Positions 37,343 to 51,122 of a stretch of 64,000 nucleotides of DNA are shown here, in pieces. The stretch comes from Antedon mediterranea. Its lineage: Eukaryota > Animalia > Echinodermata. The DNA is taken from the NCBI RefSeq assembly GCF_964355755.1, contig NC_092675.1, forward strand, positions 12,023,812-12,087,811, read 5' to 3'. Positions within the stretch are counted from its first letter, which is position 1. Each line of letters begins with the position of its first letter. The notes under the pieces were generated by a model. That model was not told the DNA's origin, did no database searches, and worked only from the letters and a program-made list of their open reading frames with translations. The translations under genes and the position numbers were made by a program.

Positions 37343-39180
37343 TCATCAGGCATCCTTCAGTCAAGATTGACTATGGAGACGACATTGGAGAGAATTTCAT
37401 CCGTTTTCCAGTGAGTCTGTGTGAGTTCCAGTGGCTGATCTAGATTTTCTTTTCAGATACCTTTCTTCATTTTCCATACGATATCTTTCTTCACTGTGTA
37501 GTAGTCCTGCCTTAATACAATCTTTCCATGATTTTCGGTCATCAGCCTTTTTTTCCCAGGTGTTAACATTGATGTCCATTGCCTTTAAGTCTCTTTTACA
37601 TGCATCTTTGAAACGCAAAAGTGGACGTCCTTTGGATCTTTTACAATTCGCTAGCTCACCGTACAACATAACCTTTGGAGTTCTTGTGTCGTCCATTCTT
37701 CTGACATGACCAAGCCATCGTAGTCTTCGCTGTCGAATTAATGTAAATATCGAAGGAATGCCACATCTATCAAGGATACTGTTGTTTGTTACCCTGTCCT
37801 GCCATCTGATATTTAAGATAGTCCGGAGACAGCGGAGGTGAAAGAAATTTAGTTTCTTTTCCTGTCTAGCATAGGTTGTCCATGATTCAGCTCCATACAA
37901 GAGGACGCTAATGACACATGCCATATACACTTTTATCTTCACAGCCACTCTAATATTTTTGTTTTCCCAAACACGTGCAGACAACTGACTGAGAGTACAA
38001 GAAGCTCTTCCGATTCGAATGTTTAGTTCACAATCAAGAGAGTTGTTATAAGTTATAACTGAACCAAGATAAGAAAATTTACTAACATTTTCAAGTAGAA
38101 AATTGTTGACAGTAAAATTGTTTTGACCAGTTGTTTTAAACGGTAAAATCTTTGTTTTCTTTACACTTATGGTGAGACCAAAGTGTTCACAGGCACATGA
38201 AAATTTATCAAGTAGAAGTTGTAGACCATTAGGAGAATGGCTGCAGAAACAGGCATCATCTGCATAAAGAAAATCACGAAGAAGAACCTTAAATATTTTT
38301 GTCTTAGCTTTAAGTCTGGCCGGGTTGTACAGCTTGCCAGTAGATCTACAATGCAATAAAACTCCTTCCATAAGATTAGGTTCAAAAGCTCTTTGGAGGA
38401 CGACTGCAAAGTAAATCCCAAAAAGAAGAGGGGCAAGAACATCTCCTTGTTTTGTCCCACTCTCGACATCAAATGAGTCAGACACTGCTCCATTGTACTT
38501 GACAGTAGCTTGCATTCCTTGATGGAAGGATCGGATAATATTTAATAGAGTAGGTGGACATCCAATTTTCCTTAGGATTTCAAATAGACAGTCTCTATTA
38601 ATAAGGTCAAAGGCCTTAGTGAGATCGATAAATGCCAGGTAGAGTTGCTGTTTTTGCTCAACACATTTTTCCTGCAGCTGTCTAATAGAGAATATCATAT
38701 CAATGGTAGATCTTCCAGAGCGAAAACCACACTGAGACTCTGGATATACCCTTTCCGCTAAAGGCAGCAGACGTTGTAGAACTACTTTTCCAAATACTTT
38801 TCCACAGATATTAAGCAGAGAAATGCCGCGATAATTATCACAGCAGCCACGATCACCTTTATTCTTGTACAGAGTGACAATGGATGCATTCTTGAAATCC
38901 TGTGGAACTTTACCAAGAGACCAACAGAGACTAATAAGCTCATGCAGATGATGTATTAGAGTCAGGCCACCTGCTTTAACAATTTCAGTTGGTATACCAT
39001 CATCACCAGGAGCCTTGCCTGAAGACAGTTGCTTTACTGCTGATCGTATTTCATCCATAGTTGGGTAGGCATCAAGTTCCAACATAGTTGGTAAATTTTG
39101 AACATTTTTTAGTTCCTCCTGGGATACAGGCATTTTAGTTTGGTAAACTTCTGAGTAATGTTCTACCCATCGACCATTTA
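37343..39180 (-). mobile_element. 5'-truncated RTE (BovB-like) LINE with uninterrupted RT ORF
   Basis: ORF 37397-39211: YKNKGDR..NYRGISLL, PESQCGFR, FIDLTKAFD, KQGDVLAP, YADD, RLRWLGHV; short 3' UTR ending TGATGA. Confidence 0.92.
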
Positions 39181-40620
39181 AGGCCGTTTTAATCAGATTT
39201 AGGGTACCCAATTATTTTTTTCAATTTTGTATGGTACATAAATAAAATACTGTGTGAAAAACACATTGCAAGAGGTCCGGTACGATGATTTTAAATGCAG
39301 TTTTTAAAGTTCAATATGCCTATCATAGAAAATATACGCGAACGTAAAACCTACCCACGGGCCAAGAGGTATATCGTTATAATCGCAGAGACGTAGGCAG
39401 GTTGCTGTCTGGGGGTGCGAAAATTGTAAATGCGCGAGATATCCATGGTGTGATCTGTAAGAAAATTTGGAAAAATAGAGCTGCTAGGTCCCCGGAAATT
39501 GCAATTATACATTGATATAAAACGAAATTACAAGTCTATTAGAGAACAAGCCCACCGAGGTTGAGATGGAGCTAAGGACATTTAAACAACTAGAGTTGTT
39601 AGGTCCCCGGATATTGGATTATAGTATTTCGAAAAAAAGAAACAAAATATATAAGGCTCCAGGACCAGCCCTACCATTAGGGTTGAGCTGCTAAGAAAAT
39701 TGTGAAGAATAGACCTGCTAGGTACCTGGAAATTGCACTTATATAGGCCCATATTGATAAATGAAACGATATAAGTCTACAGAACCAGAGCTAAGAAAAT
39801 TGTCAAAAATAGAGCTGCTAGGTCCCTGCAAAACATTGAAATATGAAACGAAATTATAGGTCCAGCCCACCATATTAAAATATAAAACAATCATATAGCC
39901 TTTAATGAATTTACATGGAGGTCTATCCAAATAAATTTAAATAAAAGGGTCGTAATATGTCTTCGTCTCCAGTTCGTGGAAAATGAACAAAAAATATTCA
40001 AAATATCCTGCCAGTTTGCGTTCAGTACAACCTGCTTAGTTTTTAATACGAGTACTGCTTTCTATACACATAACTTTGATTTCTGAAGAAAAAAAAATCT
40101 CTGTAATAATGTACTTTTTAATTACTGTAATAATCTAGGCGTAGATTATGTTGACCAGGCCAGTGAGAAGACGATCGACTGTACAGTACTACCATAAGTC
40201 CTCTAGGTGGATACAACTTATTTCTTGTCTACAAAGTGTACAGTAGTATGCTAATAGTATTATTATTAGATTAGGTAGTTGGAGTAGTTTGGAGAGATAC
40301 ATCTATTAAAAGAGAGTACTTTATATTTATAGATATAATACCAATAGGTACCATGTATTGGGATGCAATTCAACAGTTGTGAATAAAAAAAAAAAACTCT
40401 GTATGCTTTTTTCTAGCTGTGAAATATAAAATTGTTAATTGAAAAAGAAAATTTTGGGTGATCATTCCAGTATTTACAGTCTAAATTTGATCTTTATGCA
40501 ACAATAGGCATAAATGAATTTTAAATTAACAGGTATAAAAGCAAATTGGAAGCCCTACGTACTCTGTATGTTAGAGGAAATAAGCATAAGAGCAAATAAA
40601 GCCTTGACCACAGGATGGAA

Positions 40621-41191
40621 CAGAGCCATATATAGAGAGAGTTACGGCATTGAATGGATTAGAAGCCGTGTTTGTGTCCAACTATTCCTATGTAGCGTAT
40701 GGAGTTGAGTCTTTTGTTTTGAAAATGTTATGTATAACGTTCAAAAGGCTTTAATTATCGAATTTAATATCAAAACAATCAATTTGATCAAAGGTTTTTG
40801 TTAAAATAATAAAAAAATTATAAAGTTACTGCGAACATGATTTAAAACAACCAAAATAGCAATTTCGGAACGGCTCCATGCACGCTCTACGCGTGCGTGT
40901 TTAGTTTATACAGCGACTCTCTACAGTAATGCATTGTTTTTACATTTTGTTGTTTAAAATCATGTTCGCAGTAACTTTATGATTTCGTTATTATCTTAAC
41001 AAACAAATTGATTGTTTTGATATTAAATTCGATATTTAAAGCCTTGTGAATGTTATACAATTTTTAAGCAAGTGACTCGACTCCATACGCTACATAGGCA
41101 TAGTTGGACACAAACATGGCCGGCGTGCAAACCACGTGACTTTCTAAAATCCGTGAACGCAAAGTTGTAACTCTCTCTATATATGGCTCTG
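40621..41191. mobile_element. Foldback MITE (P- or hAT-type)
   Basis: TIR CAGAGCCATATATAGAGAGAGTTAC, near-palindromic body, 8-bp TSD GGATGGAA. Confidence 0.85.
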
Positions 41192-41469
41192 GGATGGAAT
41201 CCGCCAGTGCGCCCTCATGGGCTGGAGTTGTTCGTTCGTTGTTGCTTTGATTTCCATGTTGTTGTATTGAGTTATTGACAGTTATTAAAATACATTATTC
41301 GCATTACATCGGTCTATGTGTGATCTGTAGAGTTGTGGCATATAAACATCAACCTTATTGGCGTGGTGGCAGCCCAAGATATTCGGACCTTCCGCTTAAA
41401 ACCAGTGAGTTATTAGTTGTTGAACTTAGGCCTTGCCTAGGCCCAGACCATTATTTACGAGATCGCACT

Positions 41470-44400
41470 AACGTTAACAGAGCTCCTAAACAGTGGAGCT
41501 TAACCAAAACTGAAACAATAAACTCATTTTGAGTCATGGCGGCAGAACATTATTTATACACTTTCGTTGGATGAAAATTTTGCTCCATTCTTGATGGAAG
41601 GCACACAATGGGGCCCCAAAACCAGAGCATATCCCCTCCGCCTATTTGAGGACGATGATGACACTGTCCCTAGAGCATGTCGACGTACTGCTCAGCAAAA
41701 GGTACACATGCTCGAGCTCATGCTAGGCCAGATCGCAAACTACTGTCCTGTTATTTCTCGAAGCACAATTGTTAAAAGCTCCACATCCATCTCGCAAATC
41801 TGGCAGGCCATCCGACTTCACTATGGTTTTCAAACGACCGGAGGTCACTTCTTAGACTTTGCCACTATTCATCTCGAGGCTGGTGAACGTCCAGAAGATT
41901 TGTATCAACGAATATTGGCATTTGCTGACGATAATTTGCTACGCACTGGAGGCGGAATTAATCATCACGGCGTCGCGATCACAGAGGATGAAAAAATGAC
42001 ACATACTGTGGAGAATTTTATTGTGTTAACCTGGTTATCCCTTATCCATAAAGACTTCCCGCGTCTAGTCAAGCAACGATATGGATCTGATCTGCGAGAT
42101 CGTACCCTGGCGACAATAAAGCCCGAAATTTCGCAAGCGATGGATTCCCTTCTCGATGAATTGCGTGCTACAGAAGACACACGCGCAATGCGTACTTTCG
42201 CAACACCTCCCACGGTCAACTATCAACGCGCTTCTCGCACGTCTCGTAATACTACTAGTCATATTCGTCGACAGCTAAAGTCTTGTCCTCTTTGCAAACA
42301 GGCTGGTCGAAAGCATGACACCCACTTTCTCAGGTTGGATGCGTTCACTTACCTGAACAGGACCGGAAGTACATGGTCAGGGCTAGACAGGTCATCGAAA
42401 TCATTGACTGACGTTAGCGATGACGCCAGTTTAGCAGATAACCAGACAGAACAGGCTGCACTACGCGTGCAGATCAGACAGTCGCCCTATCTCGACGTTT
42501 TCCACAATCACCATACGGCACGTTACTATCGACAGTGGTGCCACCGGTAATATGATCTCCCTTGCCGCAGCGACAGCCCTATCGGCCGAAATTAGAGAAT
42601 CATCTCAATCAGCCCACCAAGCAGATGGCTCATCTCCATTAAAGGTTGTCGGCGAGACAACAATTACATTTTCCCGCGACCATATAGAACTTCTCTTTGA
42701 CGGCCTCGTAGTCGAACGACTCGATGTTGATATTCTGGCAGGTACACCCTTTATGGAAAACAATGACATCGCCATTCGTCCAGCGAAACGTCAAGTAGTC
42801 ATAGGGAACACTTCTTCTTATACGTACGGTTCTAAGGACACTACTAACGCCCGTATTCTTAAACCGGACTTTAGTCGTAGTTCGAGCTAAAACTAAAAAA
42901 ATGACGTCATTTTAATTCATAAACCGAACTTCAACTAAATCACCGACTAAATCAGGTCAACCTCGACTAAATAGAGACGGATTTTGATCGATTTTTTTAG
43001 TCCTGGAGGGGGCAGGCTAAATGGTCGACTAAATGGTTTTTAAACGATGTTTATAAAAAACGTAACAGTCATTGAGTTGTTATATTGGCCAGATATTGAA
43101 GAATGAAATATCTATATATATATTAGCTTAATTAAATATACATTGGTATATGTTATAATAATGAAAATCATCTTTATTTACAACTGTATACAAATTACAT
43201 TATTTTCTTCGCGCAAGTCCGACTTGAACTACGTCACGCCATAGCGACAATGGGAGATGCGGCAATTCACCACGCGATGGAATGTTTAGGGGGCCTAGCG
43301 CTTTCTTGTCACGCTAGGAAGTGCGTGGTTCGTCGCGATCATACTTTGTTGGAGGCCTAGAAAATATGAAAGTTACCGCACCGCCATGGTTCCTAAATAT
43401 ATTTTGAAGATTTTGTTTGTTGTTAATCAAAAGTACTTCACTGTTAAATTAAATTGTTCTAATAATTAACGATTAAAATTATTTTTCATGTATATAGTCC
43501 TGATGCGTAAAAGTTTTGTAAGAAAATGGAAAGTGATATCAATGCGCAAAATTTCGTCTGCTCCTCAAATACTCTCTTGTCATTGGCCAATGTTTAGCCT
43601 TTGTTACCCAGACGTGTGCAACTCGACTAAAAGCTCGACTTCATTAAGTCGAACTGCAAACTTCGACTACTTCGTTTTTGAATCGAATTTGAAGTAATAG
43701 CTCGAACTACGACTTTTTCAAGTCGAACTTTGAACTACGACTAAAGACCGGTTTAAGAATACGGGCGTAAGACCCCTGCCATTCGTCGCGCCCAAGTATT
43801 AGGCGCTCCTAGCAGCTTAACTACTCTGTGGCCCGGTGACTTCATAAAGTTACAAATCCCAGAAGATGTTTCGACTCATGATAATTAGCTCGCCCTTGAA
43901 CCTCGCAGCTATACTCATCGACCTCCTACCTGGCCAGAGTATGGTACTATTCACAGCATTGACGGAAAAATTTGCATTGAAAATAACACATCATTACCTC
44001 AGGTTCTTAAACGAAACAAACACTTTGTGTCTTTGTTCCGGACGATTGTAATACCAATGACCACACTTATAAACCTCCTGTGAAAACCAGTTCATTACCA
44101 CGCCCAACACAGTCGACACTACATTCATTGCAAATTCATCTTGACCCTGATCGTATCATTCCTCCTACAATCCGACAAAGATTTAAATCTCTTAACGAAA
44201 AGTTTGATGTTGTTTTTGATCCGCATATCAAATGCTATAATGGCGCAGCCGGTCCCTTCCAAGCCGTCGTTAATATGGGCCCTGTACAGCCACCACAGCG
44301 AAAAGGCAGACTTCCACAGTATTCGCGAGACAAACTTGTTGAGCTTCAAGAGAAGTTCGACGACTTAGAGAAGATGGGTGTTTTTGTGCTACCAGAAGAT

Positions 44401-47171
44401 GCGGGTATTCAAGTAGAATATTTAAACCCATCATTCTTAGTCAAGAAAGACAGCGGAGGATTCCGCCTTGTAACCGCCTTTGCGGATGTCGGTCGATATG
44501 CGAAACCTCAGCCTTCACTAATGCCCGACGTAAACTCTGTACTTCGTCATATCGCTAGGTGGAAGTACATTATCTATTATTCCGCTTTCACGCGAATCGA
44601 TGAAGTACTGCGGAGTGGCCACGCCCTTCAGAGGAATCTGTGTATACGCCAGGTCTGCTATGGGAATGCCGGGATCTGAAACAGCGCTGGAGGAACTAAC
44701 CTGCCGCGTCTTAGGAGAGCTTCTCTCTGAAGGCGTCATCGCCAAGATTGCAGACGATCTCTACTGTGGAGAGGAGACACCCTAGATCAGTTACTTTGCA
44801 ACTGGCGCTGACTGCTGTCCAAACTTTATAGATGCGGCCTCAGTCTCTCGGCAAGTAAAACATTTATCTGCCCAAAAACTACCACTATACTCGGGTAGAC
44901 ATGGTCCCTTGGCACTTTAAGAGCCAATCCACATCGTATTTCGACCATCGCTACGTGTTCTCCCCCTAAGACTGTAAAGGGCCTCCGATCGTTCATTGGG
45001 GCGTATAAAGTGCTCGCACGGGTTATCCCCAATTGCGCTTCCATCCTCACACCTTTAGACGATGCTGTGGCTGGCCGACAGTCCCAAGACAAAATCACGT
45101 GGTGTGATGCCCTTTGTGAAGATTTTCATACTGCTCAAAAGTTGCTCACAACCAGCCAAACAATCACGTTACCCCATCCAGATGACCAGCTTTGGATAGT
45201 CACTGATGGTTCAGTAAAAAGACACGGAATTGGGGCAATACTATACATTAGACGTGACGATAGTCTGCGGATCGCCGGATTCTTTAGTGCCAAACTAAGA
45301 GCTCGACAGCTTACGTGGCTCCCGTGTGAGATCGAAGCCCTGGCAATCGCTGTCGCAGTTAAGCATTTTAGTCCATATGTTGTTCAATCTACTAAACGAG
45401 CTTGTGTTTTAACTGACAGTAAACCGTGCGTGCAGGCTTTTGAAAAGCTTTGCCGGGGTGAATTTTTCGTGAGCCCCAGAGTATCAACTTTCCTGTTCTC
45501 CGCTAGCCGATACCAGGTTTCCGTTCGACACCTAGCTGGTTCCGCGAATGTTCCCTCAGACTTTACAAGCCGCAATGCTCCTGAATGCATTGATGCCAAT
45601 TGCCAGGTATGTTCCTTTGTTCAGCGCTCTGAGGAATCAGTTGTACTCAGAATCGCATCACACGATTTCATCACAGGTCAATCCAAGTTGCCCATCACAA
45701 GTAGGTCCGCATGGCTTTCACTACAATCTGAATGCCCTGATTTACGTAGGGTACACGCCCACTTAATCCAAGGTACGCGTCCTTCTAAAAAGGTTACCGA
45801 TAAGAGAGATGTCAAACGCTACCTCGCTGTCGCATCACTTAGCAAAGACAACCTTCTCGTCTCTCGTTCATGAGCCACTTGCTCCTCCACGAGAAAGAAT
45901 TATTGTTCCACGCCCGTTTTTGCATGGCCTGCTTACTGCTTTGCACATCCGATTAGACCACCCGACTTGTCACCAACTCAAACAAATGGCACATCGATAT
46001 TTGTATGCCCTCGACATGGATAAGTCGATCGAAGTTACCACCTCATCTTGCCACCAATGCGCCACCCTACGCCGAATTCATAAGGCCTCTATCGATCAGT
46101 CTACTGGCGACCCACCGGAAAACGTGGGTGTTACATTCGCTGAAAATGTCATGAAGCGCAATCGTCAATTCATTCTGATTGTGAGAGAAGCGGTAACGTC
46201 ATTCACAGTCGCTTGTTTTCTTGACAACGAACAGCATAACTCGCTTCGTGACGCTCTTATCCGAATGTGCATTGAGCTCCGTCCCCTTGATGGTCCCCAC
46301 GCCATTATCCGTGCCGACGGGGCACCCGGATTCCAAGCACTTGTTAATGACTCATTACTCAAGCAGGAACGCATCTGTATTGAAATAGGCCGACTTAAAA
46401 ATGTTAATAAAAATCCAGTTGCAGAGAAGGCTATTCAAGAACTGGAAGATGAGCTACTTCGTTTGGATCCTGACGCTGGTTTTATCTCGCCTATTGCACT
46501 CGGTCGTGCAACCGCACAACTCAACTCACGCATTCGCTCCCGTGGTTTATCCGCTCGAGAGATGTGGACCCAGCGTGACCAGTTTTCCCACAGATCCCAC
46601 TCTCTGACCTCGAGCTTATCCGCGAACAGCACTCATCACGCACTTCTAATCACAAATACAGTCGAATTTCAAAAGCTCCCACTCGTGAACTTGCTCCTGC
46701 AACTCCCGTGGAGGTGGGTGATCTCGTATACCTGTATGCAGATCTTCTAAGTCTAACGCTCGTAAGAGATACCTTGTCGTATCTCTTGATGGTACATGGT
46801 GTTGCGTTCGCAAGTTCAGTGGAACCCAGTTACGATACACATCGTACCGTGTTAAGCGATCCGAATGCTTTAAAGTTCCTAGCTCTATACTTGCTCCTAG
46901 TACACTTACCTCACGAAAGTACCAGAGTGAGGGATCGGACAATGAGGATAATACATTTGGACCTACCGTGGTAGCCCCGGTTCAGCTTGTCATTCCTGTT
47001 GAGATATCTTCTCCGCTTGTCGACGGTGCCACAAACACCGTCCTTGAAGATGTTCATGATAATGATCCGCCCTACAACCAGATTCGCGATGAACCAACTT
47101 CTCAGTCTTGCTCAAGACCTCAACGCTCTCACCACCTACCAAACCGATTTGCTGAATTTATTATGGACTAG
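41470..47171 (+). pseudogene. Gypsy gag-pol with multiple stops/frameshifts
   Basis: Fragments in ORFs 41567-42550, 42552-42890, 44080-44679, 44600-44785, 45010-45873, 45809-46750. Confidence 0.85.
42848..43767. mobile_element. PIF/Harbinger-type MITE inserted in Gypsy pol
   Basis: TIR CGCCCGTATTCTTAAACCGG(A/T)CTTTAGTCGTAGTTC; TAA TSD. Confidence 0.85.
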
Positions 47172-48010
47172 TGGTTTTACAATCTTGCACGATATTTTAT
47201 TTTTAACTAGTGTCACTCAGAATAACATGATTGTATTATTTCCTTTGATTTTGTGATGCCGGTTACCATATGTTTTGCTTTTCTCATGTATTGCTTTAAA
47301 GGAAATTGTTTTAGATAAAAACTGATAAAGAAAGAAGAAGAAAGAAAAGTAGTCACGCCAGTGCGCCCTCATGGGCTGGAGTTGTTCGTTCGTTGTTGTA
47401 TTGAGTTATTGACAGTTATTAAAATACATTATTCGCATTATATCGGTCTGCGAATGTGTGATCTGTAGAGTTGTGGCATATAAACATCAACCTTATTGGC
47501 GATCAGTAGTACACGACTGTACTTATGTGTGGGCCAGGAATGATGGTAGTGCCAGTATACAGTGTAATTTAACCTCAAGGCAATACCATGTAGCTGCATT
47601 AGCTTGCAGATGATACAGTAGAGATTTCATGAGACTTGGTGTGTGATGATTCAGTATGATAATTTGTGCTGTGAAAAAAAAAAATTGCTGAATTATTAAG
47701 AAAACATTGTAAAATATAACAAGGAAGTTATACTATAGTATAATTAAGGGGTAACCGTAAAATATATAATAATAATAATAAATTCCATTGGGAATTACTA
47801 ATACTGTATTATGTAAACAATACAATATTACAGTTAAATTCATAGGCCGTTATTATTTTATTATTATCTGTTTTTGAATGAGAAAAAAGCCGTCCCAACC
47901 CAGATTTGAACCCAGCTATCAATAAAGCTATAAACAGAATAGACCATTATTGTAGCCGGAATTTAGCGTAGACCTACTCGAGGCCTAGTAAGATTAGCTA
48001 GAAGAATACA

Positions 48011-48246
48011 GGTCAACCCGTACCAATTCCAACTCATACCCAAATTTTGGTTTACTCGTACCCAAAATGTTGGCTCACTCGCACTCATCAAGGGCTGGCT
48101 CGTACTCTTCATGGGATGACCAGTACCCATGTTTAATGCTATTAAAAATTTGGGTACAGGTTAGCCAAAGTTGGTACGATTTGACCAATTATTTGGGTAC
48201 GGGTTAGCCAAATTGGGTACGAGTTGGCATGGGTACGGGTTGACCA
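48011..48246. mobile_element. Small palindromic MITE with GTACC/GGTAC subterminal repeats
   Basis: TIR GGTCAACCCGTACC / GGTACGGGTTGACC; a second left end at 48268; no TSD recognised. Confidence 0.55.
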
Positions 48247-48917
48247 GCACCCTAGAAAATGATAAGGGTCAACCCGTACCACTGTGCCAACTCGTTCCCA
48301 TGCAAGTGTCGTGGGCCACACACAAAGAACGAAAGAATGAACCTCGTACTCTGTTCTGTATTTACGTTGTAAGACGTTTATTATAACTGGACCGTAAATC
48401 GAATCATTAAACAGACTAAAACACACAAACACCCCTGTAATACCAATCAGAGAAAAATAACATTACAATGATATAAGATAAACTCTTCAACTTATACCTA
48501 CGCATTATGACCTCAATTTATCATAAAGAATACAACTCAAATAATAACTTCTCAAAGTTATCTATCTCCATCAGTTTACATCATTATAGCATTCAGCCAA
48601 TAACACATCTTTAACTCGGGAAATTATATCAGATTCATAGCAAGTCCTCAAAATAGTAATTCATATTAAACAATCACAATACCTGCAATGCCCTCCTGTA
48701 ACACTAACACAATGTTGTATAGTTACAATTAAAAACGAGTTGCTCTCAAATCAGCTCGATTTACTGCAGTCAGCAATTGTCAGTAACACCAACCATCTAA
48801 AATAATCAATTACAACTACTAATATAACTACTGTACTTATATGCAACAACATAATCAGAAACTTAACGCTACCGATATCGTACATGAGCGCCGCCATCTT
48901 TGTTGTTTACATTATAG

Positions 48918-51000
48918 CAAAGATCTTATACTAAAGATGGGACACTCTCGAAATTTTATGTGCAATTCATGTAACACACATGGAGCTCATTTTATAGGGC
49001 GCCCTCTCGCTCAAACAAGTAGATTTATGGATCAGATATGTCTACTGTATTGTATTCTGAATACTCAATTTTTTTCATCACAATAATTGCGGTAATGTGC
49101 GATTAAATTATAATGATAGACTTATTTCCTGTACTTTGTATATCTCTATTTGTTTTAATTACTGAATATTGTTGTTATTATTGAATGTTTATCATCATCC
49201 TCAAAATCATCATCTAGGAGTAATCATCACTCACATCACTACTACTATGCGAGTCGGTCCCTCTGGTATTAACACTAAGCGCATCGTATTCCGTTTTTGT
49301 TCTTGATATGTTCTTCCTTTTCGTCCAGCAGCAAAACAGTGCATATTAGGAAAATATATTAGTCAAATAGTGTTTTATAAACAATTAAAAAAGAACAAGA
49401 AGTCACTTTTTAAAATCACCACTTCGACTATTTTATTGCAGTAATTTTTCGGAATATATTTATAAACAATCATAGGCTTAAGCCTACAGGCATGACATGA
49501 AACAGATTCATGATAGTCAATTCTGAGATAATTCATACTAGGCCTACTGTATTATGTACCCATCATTCGCCATGACATTCATTTATTATTATAATTTATT
49601 TAAAACCTGAGATAACAATTAGTTATTTTATAGTAGTCTCAGTTTAAAATTAACTCAATAACTATTGCGAAATGATGCACGGGCCACCCAGAGGAAATAT
49701 AAAAAATGTAGAAACATTGAAATAAAATCATCATATTTACAATTATTCAATCATCATACCAGACCGTCGTAATGATCATCACTTCTAGCCGATAATGCAC
49801 AGACCGGGCCGGGGCGCGTACAGACCTCCCACAACTTTACCATACCTCATAAATGTGATACTTTAATTAATTTTTTACTCTTCTTCTTATCACTGATTAT
49901 GTCTCTCTGTTGAAGAATTTAACAGCATAGAATATGCGTAGGTTTACGTACGTTTCAATTACCCAAATCTATGTAACATGGTAGCGATTTTTAACTTTAT
50001 TTTTCTGCTGATGTTTGATGTATATAAGTATTTGTTAAAGTTAGAAACAAAAATCTTTTCACAGATAGATAGGACATTAACTACATTGTCAGTAGGCATA
50101 ATTAATCCTCCGAAGTCGTTGTACTGGTTGATGGGTATATAAGACTTAAAATGTGTTAGGAACTGCTTTGGGTCTTCCAGTTTTCGATTGGTTTCTCGCA
50201 TCGCACTGTGACAGATAACGCAGTTGTGCTTTACACTTACTTTCTTGACGACGTAACCGGCTACATATACTAAAGTATTTAGCTGAGTCATCTCAAAGTC
50301 TTCTAAGCAGCAGTCGTCGTCAGTGGTGGCATCGTTGTCTTCTTGATCGGCAACATGATGCGATTGTGGCGTTGATGATGATGATTGGGCCATCATTATT
50401 GCATCAATTCCATTTAGCTTTCGATCAGTGTCTTCTAGGCAATTCGAATTCCCTAACTTAATTAACATCTTGTTGCACATAACTTCCTTCGGGGAGGCTC
50501 TAAATTCATCTACCATCGGGTTATAGCGATGACCCCCCTCTCCCTCTGACAATAGAAAATAAGTTCTCAAGGCAATCTTGATTTAGTCTGCCTGTGAGTA
50601 TAAACTTAAAGGCGTGATTGTTGATTAATTCGTCATGCAACCCGATCATCGCGTAGATCGTTAGTAGCCAGCCATCGATACATGCAATCTGTTTCGTCGA
50701 GCCGTCACTCACCGTCCACGAAGATATCCATTCGTAACATTCTTTCTGGGTTGGCCTTTGAATTGCTTTTACAATTAATTGCAGCACAGTACATCCCTCC
50801 ACTTTTTCTCTTTCCATTCATTGTTTCTTAACCATACAAACTTTGGCGCGACTCCTCAATCCCATTTTCTAAAGAATACTGCGATCGTCACGCAAAACTT
50901 CGTTACTTGTTTAAGCGAGGGGGCGCACTATAATTTGACGCTTCTAAAGTGTTACGCGTAAACGCGGGTAGTGTCACATCTTTAGTATATAAGATCTTTC
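48918..51000 (-). mobile_element. Internally deleted P-element-like transposon
   Basis: Imperfect TIRs CAAAGATCTTATACTAAAGATGGGACACT / AGTGTCACATCTTTAGTATATAAGATCTTT; LTGRLNQDCLENLFSIVRGRGG..NP..EF and YVAGYV (P/THAP9 transposase C-terminus) in ORFs 49959-50817. Confidence 0.75.
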
Positions 51001-51122
51001 CATATTTTTCAATTTAAAAAATATAATTTCAAAGAAAATTTAGAAAAATAGAGTTGGAGGTCCCGGAAATTGGACTTATTATACTTCAAAACATGAAACA
51101 AAATATATAAGTCCCTATCATG

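Larger units (their letters stand above)
41202..47501 (+). mobile_element. Gypsy/Ty3 LTR retrotransposon, full-length but decayed
   Basis: LTRs 41202-41363 and 47356-47501; PBS-like TGGTGGCAGC at 41364; PPT 47327-47349; order gag (CPLC..GR..H), protease (IDSGATGN), RT (ADDL), RNase H (TDGS, EIEALA, TDSKP), integrase (H-H-C-C, NPVAEKAI). Confidence 0.9.
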
